A DNA stretch of 64,000 nt. Source: the human T2T-CHM13v2.0 reference genome, Homo sapiens. Made by a program: the position numbers and the translations under genes. Of this stretch, positions 14,559 to 26,874 are shown piece by piece. The first letter of the stretch is position 1. Each line of letters opens with the position of its first letter. The stretch is taken from the NCBI RefSeq assembly GCF_009914755.1, contig NC_060932.1; one strand, 5' to 3'. The notes beneath the pieces were generated by a model that saw only the letters and a list, made by a program, of their open reading frames with translations, did no database searches and had not been told where the DNA came from.

Positions 14559-17500
14559 AAATGGCGGAAGAAGGGAACTCAAACTGGTCACTTAGTCTCA
14601 GGATTTTATGGGAAAGAATACTGAAGTTACTGTTTGGAAGAAAATAAACACATCTAAATGAAATCCTTTATATTTCTTGACCAATAGCATGAATAATTAA
14701 ATGCATTTGTAATAATCTCCACTCAATACTGTTCGCCTAAATCAATGCTATGAGCCTAGCGAAAGCATTCCACTCTCTGGGAGTGACTAGACTGGTATTC
14801 TTTGTAGAGATGGGATGTATATTAAATGCTTATCAATTTGACTATAAAGTTACCCTGTGGAAGCAAAAGAAAGAGAGATAGAAGAAAGATTTGCAGATTC
14901 CCTCATGATCAAAAAACATTCTTAATAAGCCATTTAACGCATGTGTTTGACCGTATCAGTAGCAATACAAATGTTTTGATTGTGATATCATTACCAAGAA
15001 GGCAAAGGTAAATATTTCTCTAGAGAAACAGTGATATTCCCTGCTAAACCTCACTCCAAGGCTCAAGGGCACAAGTAGGCCCTTCAACCTGAATGCCAAC
15101 ATTTAACAGAGGCTGTGGGGCTACGAATGTCCTTGAGGCTTTTGAAGAAAAATCAGATGAACAGAAACGTAGGGGGCGGAAACTAACGATAGAACAGTTT
15201 CTACCACGCCCTGCAGGGAAACATGTTCCTTGTGAAGGTACAGGGGTTCGAAGGTTCTACTGCTACTCCTGGGGAAACTCACACCAGGAAGCCATGAATG
15301 TCTCTGGGAGGTTGTATTCCTGGCAGAGAGGGTCACGGACTGCTGACAAATGATCAACAAATGCCAACAAATCAGTACACTGACCAAAAGTAACAATCAA
15401 CTTTCAAACATCTTGTGGTAACCTGGACTTAGTGCTGTGCAGAAATTAAAAGACGGCCTCTGCCTGGATAGAAGTTGCAGGATGCACGGGAGGCGCCGGC
15501 AAAACCGACTGGTCTCAACTCCCTTTGCCCTCACTTGCCACATCTCTCTAGGGGTCTTGCTCATGAAGAGGGAAATTACAGATTATGGCAGGTTGGTGCT
15601 GGAAAAAACCCTAAATTGTTTGGCTTGGCCCAACAACCTCATTTTAAAGATGAGGTCAGCTCAGAAACGGGTAGGTGACACAGCCAAAGACAGAGCTCAT
15701 GTGAAGTACCAGGAAAACCCCAGGCCCCACCCTGCCAATCCCATGCTCCCTTAACTCTAAAGGGAGAAAAATTCGCCTCAATTTGTGCCTACAATACCCA
15801 TGTCCTGGATAAGCAAGAGTCAAGAAATTCCCGATTTGGCCTCGACACTGCCTTTCACCTCTTACATGCTGGTTTCACTTCCGCTGCTGAGGCGCACACT
15901 TCTGCTTTCATGCGAGAAACCAGGCCCCTCTGAAAAGGGATGGAGAAGAGGCACCATCAACCAGTCACTTGAGCCAAGGAAAAGAGACTGCAGTATGATC
16001 TCCTACTGTCCTGGTGCTTCCCTTCCTGGAAAAGGTGCAATTGGGGTTTCAAAGTAAATATCTCCCATCAGTCAACTCAGAGTGAAGATAACCAGTGGAT
16101 GTTACTTCCATGAAAGAACAATGCAAAACGTCAAGCTGTGTAGGCAGCCCAGGAAGACTGCAAACCAGCCAAAAGCGCTCTCTCCCTCCCTCCCCTTGCT
16201 CTGCCTTAATCACTGGGCAAGCTATGCACACTGTTGCTACTTTTTTGGTATATTCTACCTGCTCCAATCCCAGTATCCTCGTTGTTTTCAATTTGTTTTG
16301 AATAAACGATCCTAACTGGTCACAAATAACTAATCTAAGGAGCCAGAATTAGTATGATTTCGTACCGTCAAGTAATGAGTTTTCAGAGGTGGAATACACC
16401 ATGTGAATTATTTAACCAAATCTAATTTTTCAGATAAGTAAAAGAAAGCTTCAGAGAGAGATGAAGAACTTAGATATAAACAGAGCTGGGGCCAGAGCCA
16501 AAGTCTCCTGACTCCCAGCACAATGCTTTTCTGGTGACCCTCTGTGGCACCCGCAAACACAAGGCTACCCTGGGATCAGAGTCACACTGGCCTTGGATGT
16601 GCAATGGCCATAGCAGCATAACAACTTAAAGTCCTCCTCCATGAATGGCTAGTGAGAATCAGCAAGATAGGATGTGGGCTGCAGAAACAATCGGGGAGAC
16701 ATGAGCCTGGTTAAATATTCAGGGAAGAAAAAGACCCATGACAACTCAAAGAATGTTGAAGATAAAGCAGACTGCAAAGGCAGGGAAGAGAAAGAAAAGA
16801 GGGGAAGGAACACGTGTCATCAAGAAAGCAGGTGAAAAGAACAGCATCAGAACACAAAAAGGCTAGCTACTGATCACAAGATACACAAGCTTTCGAGAGT
16901 TAAAAAAAAAAAATCCCTAAATCCTGTTACTTCCTTTACAGTGAAGTAACTTTCTCTAAAAGAAGGCATTCACTGTTTAACCATGTTGGTGTACAGTTAC
17001 ATCAGACAGTCTTCAGATGTGTTTTCCTAAAACTGAACGCAACACAACATAAATATGACTTCTACCCCAGCCAACAAAACATGGATTTTGATACTGAATA
17101 CATACTGCGTAGGGCAACCCCACCCTTGGCCTGCAACCTAGCATCTGCAGATGGATCTCTTAGCCTCTTGCCAGAGCTGGTCCCCTGGTTGCATGGCCCT
17201 GAGACCTCCCAAGAAGAACTGGGTGCCACAGGAAGAGATACTGCTGACTCAGGAAATGGCCACCTCCCATGGAGAGGCAGCCAAGCCAGGCATGCAACTG
17301 AGAAGCAGCTTGTAGCAGTGGTGATTAAGTTTTAAACGCTTAATAAGACTGCGGCTCAAATCTAAGTGCTGTATGTTCTCTCTCATGTAGGGGTGCTTCT
17401 AGAAATATTCTTGTATGTATGTGTAGTGGTGGGTGCCTATTTTTGTTGTTACTAAAAATGTTTTTCTCCTTTAAAGAAAGAAATTACTATCAAAACACTG

Positions 17501-18028
17501 GCTTGTTGCTCACAGAGGAGTCCCAGAATGACCAGTAAACTCACCCTAGGTTGGGGCGGAATGCAGAGACGGTGGGGATTATGGTCTAGGTTGTTTATTG
17601 TCATACAAAAATGTGGCAACTGCCATTCTTTGGCTACATTTCAAGCGGATACTTCTTGGTTCCCTCATGTTTAAGCTTTTAAGAAATGCTCAGCTATGCA
17701 ATTTCCACAAAGTCAATCAATGATGAATTCAAAGCTGTAATGCAAGATGAGACAGATTTGCTTCCAAAGGTCAAGATGTCAGAAAATCCAAGGCCAAAAT
17801 CACCTTAGATCACCCTTAGGTTTATCTTCTACACCTGTTGGCCATATCGCTGCCTCCAGTCCCGAAGCAGCATTTACACACCTGGCAACTAAATAGGTAT
17901 TCATCTACTTGTTAGAAAACTTATGCAAGGTAAAGGGATTTAGTAAAAAGTGCCAAGTCCTAAATCAACAGAATTTCCACTTACATTGCAAATGAAAGGG
18001 TCTAAAACAGAGAATTCCAATCACAGAC

Positions 18029-18493
18029 AATTACTCATTCATTGATCTTCCCACACCATCTATCATTTCTATATGATGAAACTTCGGCTCACTTCTTGGT
18101 GCCTGTCTAACCCTCTAGATTATTACAGTACTATTTTTGGCCATGCACTATGCATCAGACACCTCAACTGCCTTCTCTTCAGTCGCTCATATCAGCCGAG
18201 ATGTAAACTACGGCTGAATGGTCCGCTATTTTTATGCTAACAGCACTTCAATATTTTTCATCTGCCTCTTCTTACATGTTGGCCGAGGTCTATACTAGGT
18301 ATCATTTACATTTCTAGAAACCTGAAATATCGGCATTATCCTCCTACTCACAACTATGGCAACAGCATTCATAGGCTACATGCTCCCATGAGGCCAGATA
18401 TCATTCGGAGGCGCTACAGTAATTACAAATCTACTATCAGCCATGCCATCTATTGGAAGTGACCTTCTGCAATGAATCTCTGAGGTGGATTCT
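18029..18493 (+). pseudogene. NUMT: nuclear copy of mitochondrial cytochrome b (codons about 15-169)
   Basis: In the mitochondrial code it reads [95 protein letters not shown]. In-frame TAG stops at 18116 and 18296 and a 2-bp insertion near 18480. Probably the annotated MTCYBP20 (recalled, not verified). Confidence 0.96.
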
Positions 18494-21106
18494 TTCCTCT
18501 TACTGACTGACCTTGTCTTTTGAAACTATGACTTCCCTCATGTCTAAGGTAAACTTTTCTCCTTATATCTAAGGTAAACTGTTTCAACCAGAAGCACATC
18601 TTCCATGGGTCTCCAACCCTTGGTCCAATCGATGAGTTCCCCAAGGGACTTGCTAGATGCACAAGTTCTAGCAGCCAGTGACTGTTTCCCACCACTAGAG
18701 CTATTAATGAGCCTTCTGGTTAATCAGCTGCAGAGACAGATTTAACTCTTCTTGTTTATCTTTTCAGCAGCAAAATACTGAAGAAATACAAATGTTATCC
18801 TATTACTGTCATCTAGGAATTCAGTCTTGCCATGGGAAAGCTAGACTAAAATGTCCACACAGGATAGATGTACTTCTCTGTTCAACAACATACAGATAAT
18901 AAAGAGCTTGAGAAAACCAGGATGGATGAAAAGCATTGAAAACCAGAACCACAGCAATGCAAACATCTCCCACATAGCCTGGCAAAGGCCCCTCCCCTGT
19001 CCCAAAGGGATTGTTGCCTCACGCTGAAAGATATTCATTCTCCATGTCTTCTCATGGTGGCATCTCTATTTCAGCCACCAGCTGTCATGACATCCTTTCT
19101 CCCTGGCTCCTTTCAGGTACTCACAGCTCCTATAACAATGGATCTGAGACCCAGAAGCCCTGATCAAAGATGATCAGCTGTGGATGATTACAAAACAAAG
19201 CGATGTCAAGATCAGCAGATTATAGGCAAGACAATTTGATACTCATCCTTAACACCCTGTCACCCTTAAGAGATTTTCATTCATTTAGTTCTCAGAAGTC
19301 AACATGGCATCTCAGCTAGAAGTTCAGCCTCATTACTCACTTGTCCTATGTTTTCTAAGACAATTGTCGTAAGTTATTTAAAAGGAGGCAAAAATTGCCC
19401 AGTAAGACGGTGAATACAGCAAGGTAAAGGAGAAGTAGAAAAGGAAAGATAGTCACTATCTCTCCTCCCCATGCACAAAAAGGTCTTGTAGCTCAACCCC
19501 CTCTGCAGATGGGCAAACTGAGGGGTCATGAGAGGATGCGACTCTTCCCAAGTCTCACCATCAATAGCAGAGTTGGACCAACAGAGGTTCCCCTGCTAAA
19601 AAGCAGGGCCTCAATAAAGGACCAGCTGAATCAACAAAAGGGAGTGGCTTCCTTAAGAACATGCTGGGCACAGAAACTCTATTGCCCCCCCTCCCTTCTG
19701 AATACAGGTTCTTATGCATACCAGGAGCATTCAAGAACAGAGGGGACAAAAGATCTCCACAAAAGCGAGACAAAGTGCAAGGACACCAGAACACCAGACA
19801 GCTACAACTGTTCCTTGGCCTGCGAAGCATCAACAGTTCAGTCTATCTCAACAGGTAAGAGGAATAAGCCACTGTCCTTTGAACATCCAATAAGATAAAC
19901 AAACCAAAAAATCCACAGAGCACTCTGCAGTCCATCTAGCACTTTCCCATAGTTATTTTGTTTCATCCTCACAATAGTCCCATCTTGCAAGTAAAGAAAC
20001 TGAGGACCAAGGAAGTCTTACCCAAAGTCATAGCTGGTAAACAACAAGGCCGGAAGTTGAGCCTACATCTTCCAACTCCATATTCAGCACCTTCTACTCT
20101 ACCTCCACCCAAAGATATTCATGACAAAAAGCCAAATATAACAATAGACCAAAGGGCCAACTGAACCACAGCCTCCGGCCAGCTAAACAATGACTAAAAT
20201 CCCAGCTGGAACCCAAAGCAGGCTCTGTCTCCTCAGGACTTCAGGACAGGATTCCAGAGTGGATTCAGACCAGCCCTCTGCTACGAGGCAAGCTCTTCGC
20301 TCTCCTACAGGAACTCTGGGTTAATCACATGTCCCACAGCAGCATGGCTGGAGCTAGACCTGTCAAGCACATTCGGCTCTTGGTGACACAACCCAGCTGT
20401 GCAGGCGGTTCCCATCAAGGGAGCTCCAGACATTCCAGACACTGTGCCACGGAATTGCAGGGAGGGACCGAGCTGCACAGGGAGCTGGCAAGCCCGACAG
20501 AACTTTCCCTACCACATCTGTACTTCTGCAACAACAAGGCAGTTTCAAATCAGCTCCCAAAGAGCTACACAGATTCTGCCTTGTGAGGATAGACTAGAAA
20601 CTGACAGTGGAGATTCCTTCTGGAGAGTGGGACCAATGGAACTTTTACCGTTGGCATTGTATTCCTTTCATAATATCTTTGAAAACTAGATCAAAATTCA
20701 ATCTAAAACCCATAAGGATGACAGTCTACACTGGAAAGTGGTGAAGGCAAAAAGAAACTGACATCAGGTGACGTAAACTAATCACACAACAGTTTTAAAC
20801 AAGAGCTTTAGAAACACTGAATTAAATGTAAGACCTTTATAAAGTATAACAAGATTCTTATTTACAAATTTTACAAAAATTTCCCTTAACTGTTAACAGA
20901 AGAAATTGAGCCATTTTTGAGGCAGGAAAAAAAAAAGTCTTTAGTACTTAATTCTTTTAGGCATTTTCACATACTTTATCTCATTTAATCTCAATAACCA
21001 TGGAATAAAAATATTATCTACAAGTGATAGACCAGGAAACGCAGACCAGGCACTCAGAGAAGCTAAGCAGCTTTCACACAGCTGCACAGCTACCAACTCC
21101 TCGAGT

Positions 21107-21221
21107 GTAAAGACAGAAAGGGACAATCTAGGAATACAGACAAGTCCTAAAAAAGCTGCCACCACTGCTGGGCAAAGGCAACCTGCACCTATGAAAGAAC
21201 CCAGACACAATGGCCAGTTTC
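21107..21221 (+). repeat. Copy 1 of a 115-bp dispersed direct repeat (partly MIR-derived)
   Basis: Colinear with 24304-24418; 11 mismatches, no indels. Confidence 0.92.
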
Positions 21222-21599
21222 TGACAGTCCTTTCTTGAGTGGGTCACATGCTGCCTATGGGGTACATGTGTACACAATGCTGCTCCCCATATTTATGAAA
21301 CTGACATGCCCTCCACACTACATGAGCACACAGATGTTTTCACAAAGTGCTGATGGACCTGCGGTAATCTACCCATTTTCCTCTCCCAGCCCCCGTTGCC
21401 ACTGAAGGCTGCATTTGAGAGATGCCCAACTGACTGAGACGAGAACAGAGGTGCTACCCTGGAACCTGGCCACAAGGAAGCCCTGATGTGTTTACAGTGT
21501 GAGCTTGCCCACAACTTCAAATTCATCACCATCATGCTCTAACATCGAAGTCCTCACGTGCCTCACATAAGGAAGCACAATTTAAACGTCATAATAGCC

Positions 21600-21850
21600 A
21601 ATGATCATTAATGTTTACTGAGCTCTTTTAGAGCAGAAGGAACTATGGTAATTGCTTCCCATGCACTACACACTAGTTAATCCTCACAGCCACCACCCCT
21701 CATGTTAGATACTATTATCATTCCTATTTCATACACGAAGAAGCTGAGCTTCAGAAGTGGTTAAGTAACTTGCTAGAGACCAAACTGTAAGGAGTAAAAC
21801 TGAAGCCTATGGGCCTATGACTCCTAAGTCAGACTCAGAGCCACTCTGCT
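21600..21850 (-). mobile_element. MIR
   Basis: ttaatcctcacagcc...attatcattcctatttcatacacgaagaagctgagcttcagaagtggttaagtaacttgc core. Confidence 0.72.
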
Positions 21851-23425
21851 TATGTCTCTCATAAAATATATTTCATGGCCTTTTTCCCTCAAATATTCTC
21901 TTTGTCATTTCTTATTAAAGTTATGAAACAAAATGTCCAAACAGAAGAGGCAAAATTGTTATACTGATGGGCTAGCCAGACAAATGGCATTATAAAAATA
22001 CTGGAAATAGGAACTTACAATCCATAGTCAAGGCAAGCAATGCCAATGTTACCAATGCATACCCACAAATACACCTGTTACAATCATTGACTACCCTGGA
22101 AGATCAAGCCCTGGAGTTCTTGCTGGGTTTTGGATGGTCAGGAATTATTCTTCAATCCCAGGCATCTTGAAAATGGACATAATATCAACGGACTAGGCTC
22201 ACTTCCCCTTCTTTAGCATCGTTGACCTCACTTATCCCCTGCCTGTTGAACATCACAACAGAAACTTTCCCAGAAAGAAACCGTGAGGCTGAAATTCCCT
22301 CAGCTCCAGGGGGAAAAAAAAAACTCCCTATGCCCTTTTCATTAGATAACTGGTTAATCTTTGAAGTTTCAGTAAAACGTTGAATTCTAAGGTGAATCAT
22401 CTTTCCATACTAACAGCACAGCCAACTTTCCCTTCAGAGCAGTGATATACCAAAATAAGAATGATAGCCTTGTGCAGTAGTCATTACGGACCCCACTACA
22501 TGACTAAGCTCAAATTAGTGACCTTCCACAGCCTGGATGAAGTTTCACAAAGGGTAGCTGGAGTTCACATGCAGTCTAGGAACACCAAGCTATGTCTAAG
22601 CGCCTCAAAGAGCAGCACAACTCCACTAGGGAAAAATCTCATTTTGCCCAAACATTGTAGACCCTGTAATAAATATACTCTTCATTTGTCATCCTTATTT
22701 AGAAATTAACATATGATCATTTTCCTAAGTCTTTCCTAGGATCTCCTTACAATGCTTTTCATTTGAAATAATCTATTTTCAAATCCAAGGAAGTTTCTAC
22801 AATTATACATAATCCAGCACTGCCTAGGACCAGACAAAGACAATACACCAATTTCCAGTTACCTTCGTCAGCAAACAGTCTGCCCATAATTTTGTCAGGA
22901 ATTGAAGAGCATTCTCCCATTCCATCTGCTCAGCAAACTTTCATCTTCCGCAAGGGCTCTTTTAATGTACTTCTAAAGCTGCTTCTGTTGCAAGTACAAA
23001 CTGCTACACACTGACTCCGCAGTGACATTCTCCCAGAATGCCACTGGATCCCTCAGGGGCTCAGGGATACGAACTTGAAAGAAGTTGAAGGAGGACGTCC
23101 CCCTCTTCCCAGCCTCCTCTCTCAACACAGCTTCCCTCCAAGAGACCTGCTTCAAAAGTCCAGACCCAATGAAGTCACTCATGACCTCACAAACCTCTAG
23201 TTTAACTCTTTAAGAGCCAGATGGCAAGCTGACAGCAGTCAGAAAAGGCAACTGTCTAAGCTTATTTGGAGTGGTTGCCGTTTAAGGGAAAGGAGACATT
23301 TGTCCAGCATCGTTCAAAACAAAGTAACTTTGCCACTGATTTGGTTTAATAGCACTAAAGTTTTTTGAACAACTATTTTATAGACTGCAATTTCCTACAG
23401 CACACACAGCCTGGTCCTAAAGAAA

Positions 23426-23571
23426 TGACTGAAATAGACAACAAAATAGATTTAAGTCATTAATATTATACACAATTTAGCTCTGTTAAATTCACACTTG
23501 ACTGAAATAGACAACAAAATAGATTTAAGTCATTAATATTATACACAATTTAGCTCTATTAAATTCACACT
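23426..23571. repeat. 73-bp tandem duplication (2 copies, 1 mismatch)
   Basis: Units 23426-23498 and 23499-23571 differ only at g23485/a23558. Confidence 0.95.
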
Positions 23572-23949
23572 TAATCTTATGTAATTTGTGATTTTCTATT
23601 TTCATTTCTAGTTTTGTTTTTTCTGCTCGTGGATGTGAAAATATTTATTGTCCTGTTGGTTGTCCAAAGCCTGCTTCAGACACGTAAGTGGCCAGGCAAC
23701 ACACACAGCTGTCAGACACAGGCAACAACTGCCACAGAGGCATCCGAGAAACCAGGGACAGCAGGAGCTGAGATCCACTGGAAGCCGTGGCCGCCAGACC
23801 TAACCAATGGATGCCAGAGTGTGTGTCAGCCCTAACAGGGATAGGAGACCAGCCTCACTTCAGTTTCTTTTCCATGCTTTTCCTGGGGATCCTGCTATTT
23901 TTGTTGGGATACGGGGATTATGAGGACCTGGAGATTTAAAAGACTAAAA

Positions 23950-24690
23950 ATTACTTTCTAAACAGAAGTGGATAAAAATTATACACTCGAAGAACATGTA
24001 ATATGCCCTTTCAAGAATGTTCTGGTTTACCAGAAAATGATTATACTTACCATGCAGTAATTTTATTCCTAAATATATACCCAGACTAGAGAAGTTCTTC
24101 CATGTGTTCCCAAAAAGCCACATGAAGGTTCTGTGCACATCGCCATGCTGTTTGACATAATATGACAGTCAAAATGCCCATAAATAGAAAAATGAAAAAA
24201 ACAGGTTATAGTATGTTCACATAATGAATACTATACAGCAATTAAACTGATCAAACTAGGGCTGAGTCAATAAGAATGAATTTCAAATACTGAGGAAAAA
24301 AGGGTAAAGACAGAAAGGGACAATCTAGAAATACAGGTATGTCCTCAAAAAGCAGCCACCACTGCCAGGCAAAGGCAACCTGCATGTATGAAAGAACTCA
24401 GACACAATGGCCAGTTTCACAAAAGGAAACAAGATAGCTTGTATATGAAGCTGAAAAGTGTGTGAAACAACACTGTCTAATGATTACAGATGCACATCTC
24501 TAAAGGAATGATAAACATCAGCAGCTCATGGTTACTTCACTACGTAGGGAAGGAAAGAGAGGAATGAGATCTGGGGGCATAAAGAGGAGAGGAGTTTGCA
24601 ATTCATCTGAAATACTTTTATTTCCTAAGTGGGATGATGAGATCACAGGTGTTTATTATTGTCTACACTTTTTGGTATGCCTCAAATGTT
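23950..24690 (+). mobile_element. Old L1 (L1ME-like) 3' fragment, interrupted at 24304-24418
   Basis: L1M 3' motifs attcctaaatatataccca, aaatgcccataaatagaa, cataatgaatactatacagcaattaaa and atggttacttc..gggaagga. Confidence 0.65.
24304..24418 (+). repeat. Copy 2 of the 115-bp dispersed direct repeat
   Basis: About 90% identical to 21107-21221. Confidence 0.92.
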
Positions 24691-26039
24691 ACAGAAGCTT
24701 TAGAAAGCCAACTGCATAATGACTACAACCTCTTTGAGTGCAGCAACACCTGTTCAGTCTGGACAATTAACAGAACAGGGGGCAAAGAGGTTAACAATTC
24801 CCTTCACTCTCAAGTCCCCAAATCCAAGCAGCTGCTGCTCCTTCTGCCATAGTTCAGCTCCTTCTCTCTGGCATGTCACCCTGCTCCACGCCACCCACAA
24901 CCCTTTACACATAGCCAACTCAGCCTTCACAGCCCACCTCAAAATGCAGCACCCCCACAAGGACCTCCGTGACATCCCATGATGCAAGTAACCCCCAACT
25001 CAGAACCATGAAGCCTGGCTCTCTGGGCTCTGCACTAGAGTTATTTCTGAAGTTATCTGATCTGCCTGTTTGGGAGACACCTTAGTATCTACTATAGAGC
25101 AGCTGCTCATTAAGTTCTTCATTCAACAAAAACTGAGTGCCCAGTATGTGCTGGCCACTATGCCAGGGGTTGAGTCCCAAAACGTAGAACTTGAGAAGAC
25201 CACGGCCTAACAGAAGAGACAGGCCTGTAGCGAAGTATAACACTATTAATACTACGTGCTGAATCCTCAAATAGTTGCTAAGTGAATGCCAACTACGAAT
25301 AATGAAATTTTAGGATTGCTTCGCAATAGTAACTATTCAATACATCTTATTTTCTCTATACTAAAGACTTTATAATATTACTCTTGACAAGAAAATGTCA
25401 CCTTGTTTGCGTTGAGGTGGGGCTTCTAAATAGAGTAATTATAAAGACAATAAAAGAAACTATCATTAAACCTCCTCAGAGTCAAGGAATTGAAGGCTCT
25501 TAGAATTATTATTACAGAAAAACAACATCTCAAGTCAATTCGATTTTACCACAGTCCATTCATACTGGGTGACTTTGAAGAGGTTTTAAAGACATTTCAA
25601 GCATTTCAAGCACTGTTATTACTGATAATAGCCAACATTTATTGAGTACTCATTAAGTGCCAGTAAATGATTACTGATTATGTGTCAGTAAATGACTTAG
25701 ACAGAGAATTGACTAAAATTTGAACCAAAGCACTCCGACTTAAGAACCCACACTCTTCGCCACCAACCATACGTTTCCTAAGCAGGAAAATCAATCAATC
25801 CCTGCTGATATAGTTTGGAGGGACTCCCTATCACCACCACACCTAAGACAACAGAAGAAATCATTTCCAGGTTCACAGCCAGGAGCACTCACTTTCCCAA
25901 ACCTCTGTTAGGAGAATCCTCCCCTCCAAAAGCGGAGTTACCTTTAACAGGCCCACATCCCCCTGAGAACGGGGACTGGCTCAACTTTGTATTCTGCCTC
26001 TAAGCAACTTGCAGTAAACGCCTCTCAAAAGCAGCTTCC

Positions 26040-26560
26040 AGTAAACGCTTCCCAAACTTCAACGTGATCATGGATCACCTGGGAATGTGTTAAAATGCAA
26101 ATTTTGCTTGAGCAGGTCCAGGGTGGTGTCTGAGAGACACATTTCTAACCAGGTCCAGGTGATGTCTGTTAGTCTGAGGCCCACACCTGGGAGTAGCAAG
26201 GTGTTGAGAACCTAGGCTGCGCATCAGAATCACCGGGGAAGCTTTTAAAGCTATCCATGTCCAGGTGCCACTCTAACAAATAGAATCTCTGACGGTGAAG
26301 GCTGGAGATGAGAAGCTTACAGAGCTCCCTGTATGATTCTAATGAGCAATCAAGTTTGAGAACTACTGTGCTACAGCTTTACTACTCAAGCTTTGCTCCA
26401 TGGACCACCGTTGTAGACCAGTGCTTTGCAAACTTCCACGTGAATGTAAACCACTTGGACCTTTTGGTAAAATGCAGATTCTAATGTAGTAGGTCAGGGT
26501 GGGGCTGAGGATTCTGCAATTCTAATAAGCTCCCAAGTGAATGCTGTTGGGTGGCAAGAT
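26040..26560. mobile_element. Cluster of abutting MER5A/MER5B-like hAT-Charlie elements
   Basis: Repeated MER5 motifs: atcacctggga..gttaaaatgca, catcagaatcacc, gattctaat..aagtttgagaactactg, aaatgcagattct..gtaggtc..ctaataagctccca. Confidence 0.78.
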
Positions 26561-26874
26561 GGTGAGTAAAAACATCAGAAAATCTCAGGAGTTCAGTGTG
26601 TGTGATTTTTAAGGCTTTCCTTTTGTAATTTTAGATTCAGAGACTAGTAGAATACCTGCAAATGGAGCGTCAGGCACAGGCATAAGAAACAGCATATGAG
26701 GTATGGGGATTACAAAATGGAAGCATTTATCTAACATTAGACAGGACAGAGATTAATATTAATCCTCATTAGCATTCATGAGAAACATATTTACCTTCCC
26801 TTGCACCATGACCACTGTCTGTCTCAAGTACTAAAAATGAAGGCTCTGCTAACAGCTTGAGCCAATTCAATAGA

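Noticed and set aside
18543-18580. 13-bp direct repeat tctaaggtaaact near the NUMT end
   Set aside because: Both copies are on the same side of the NUMT, so it is not a target-site duplication; probably local slippage.
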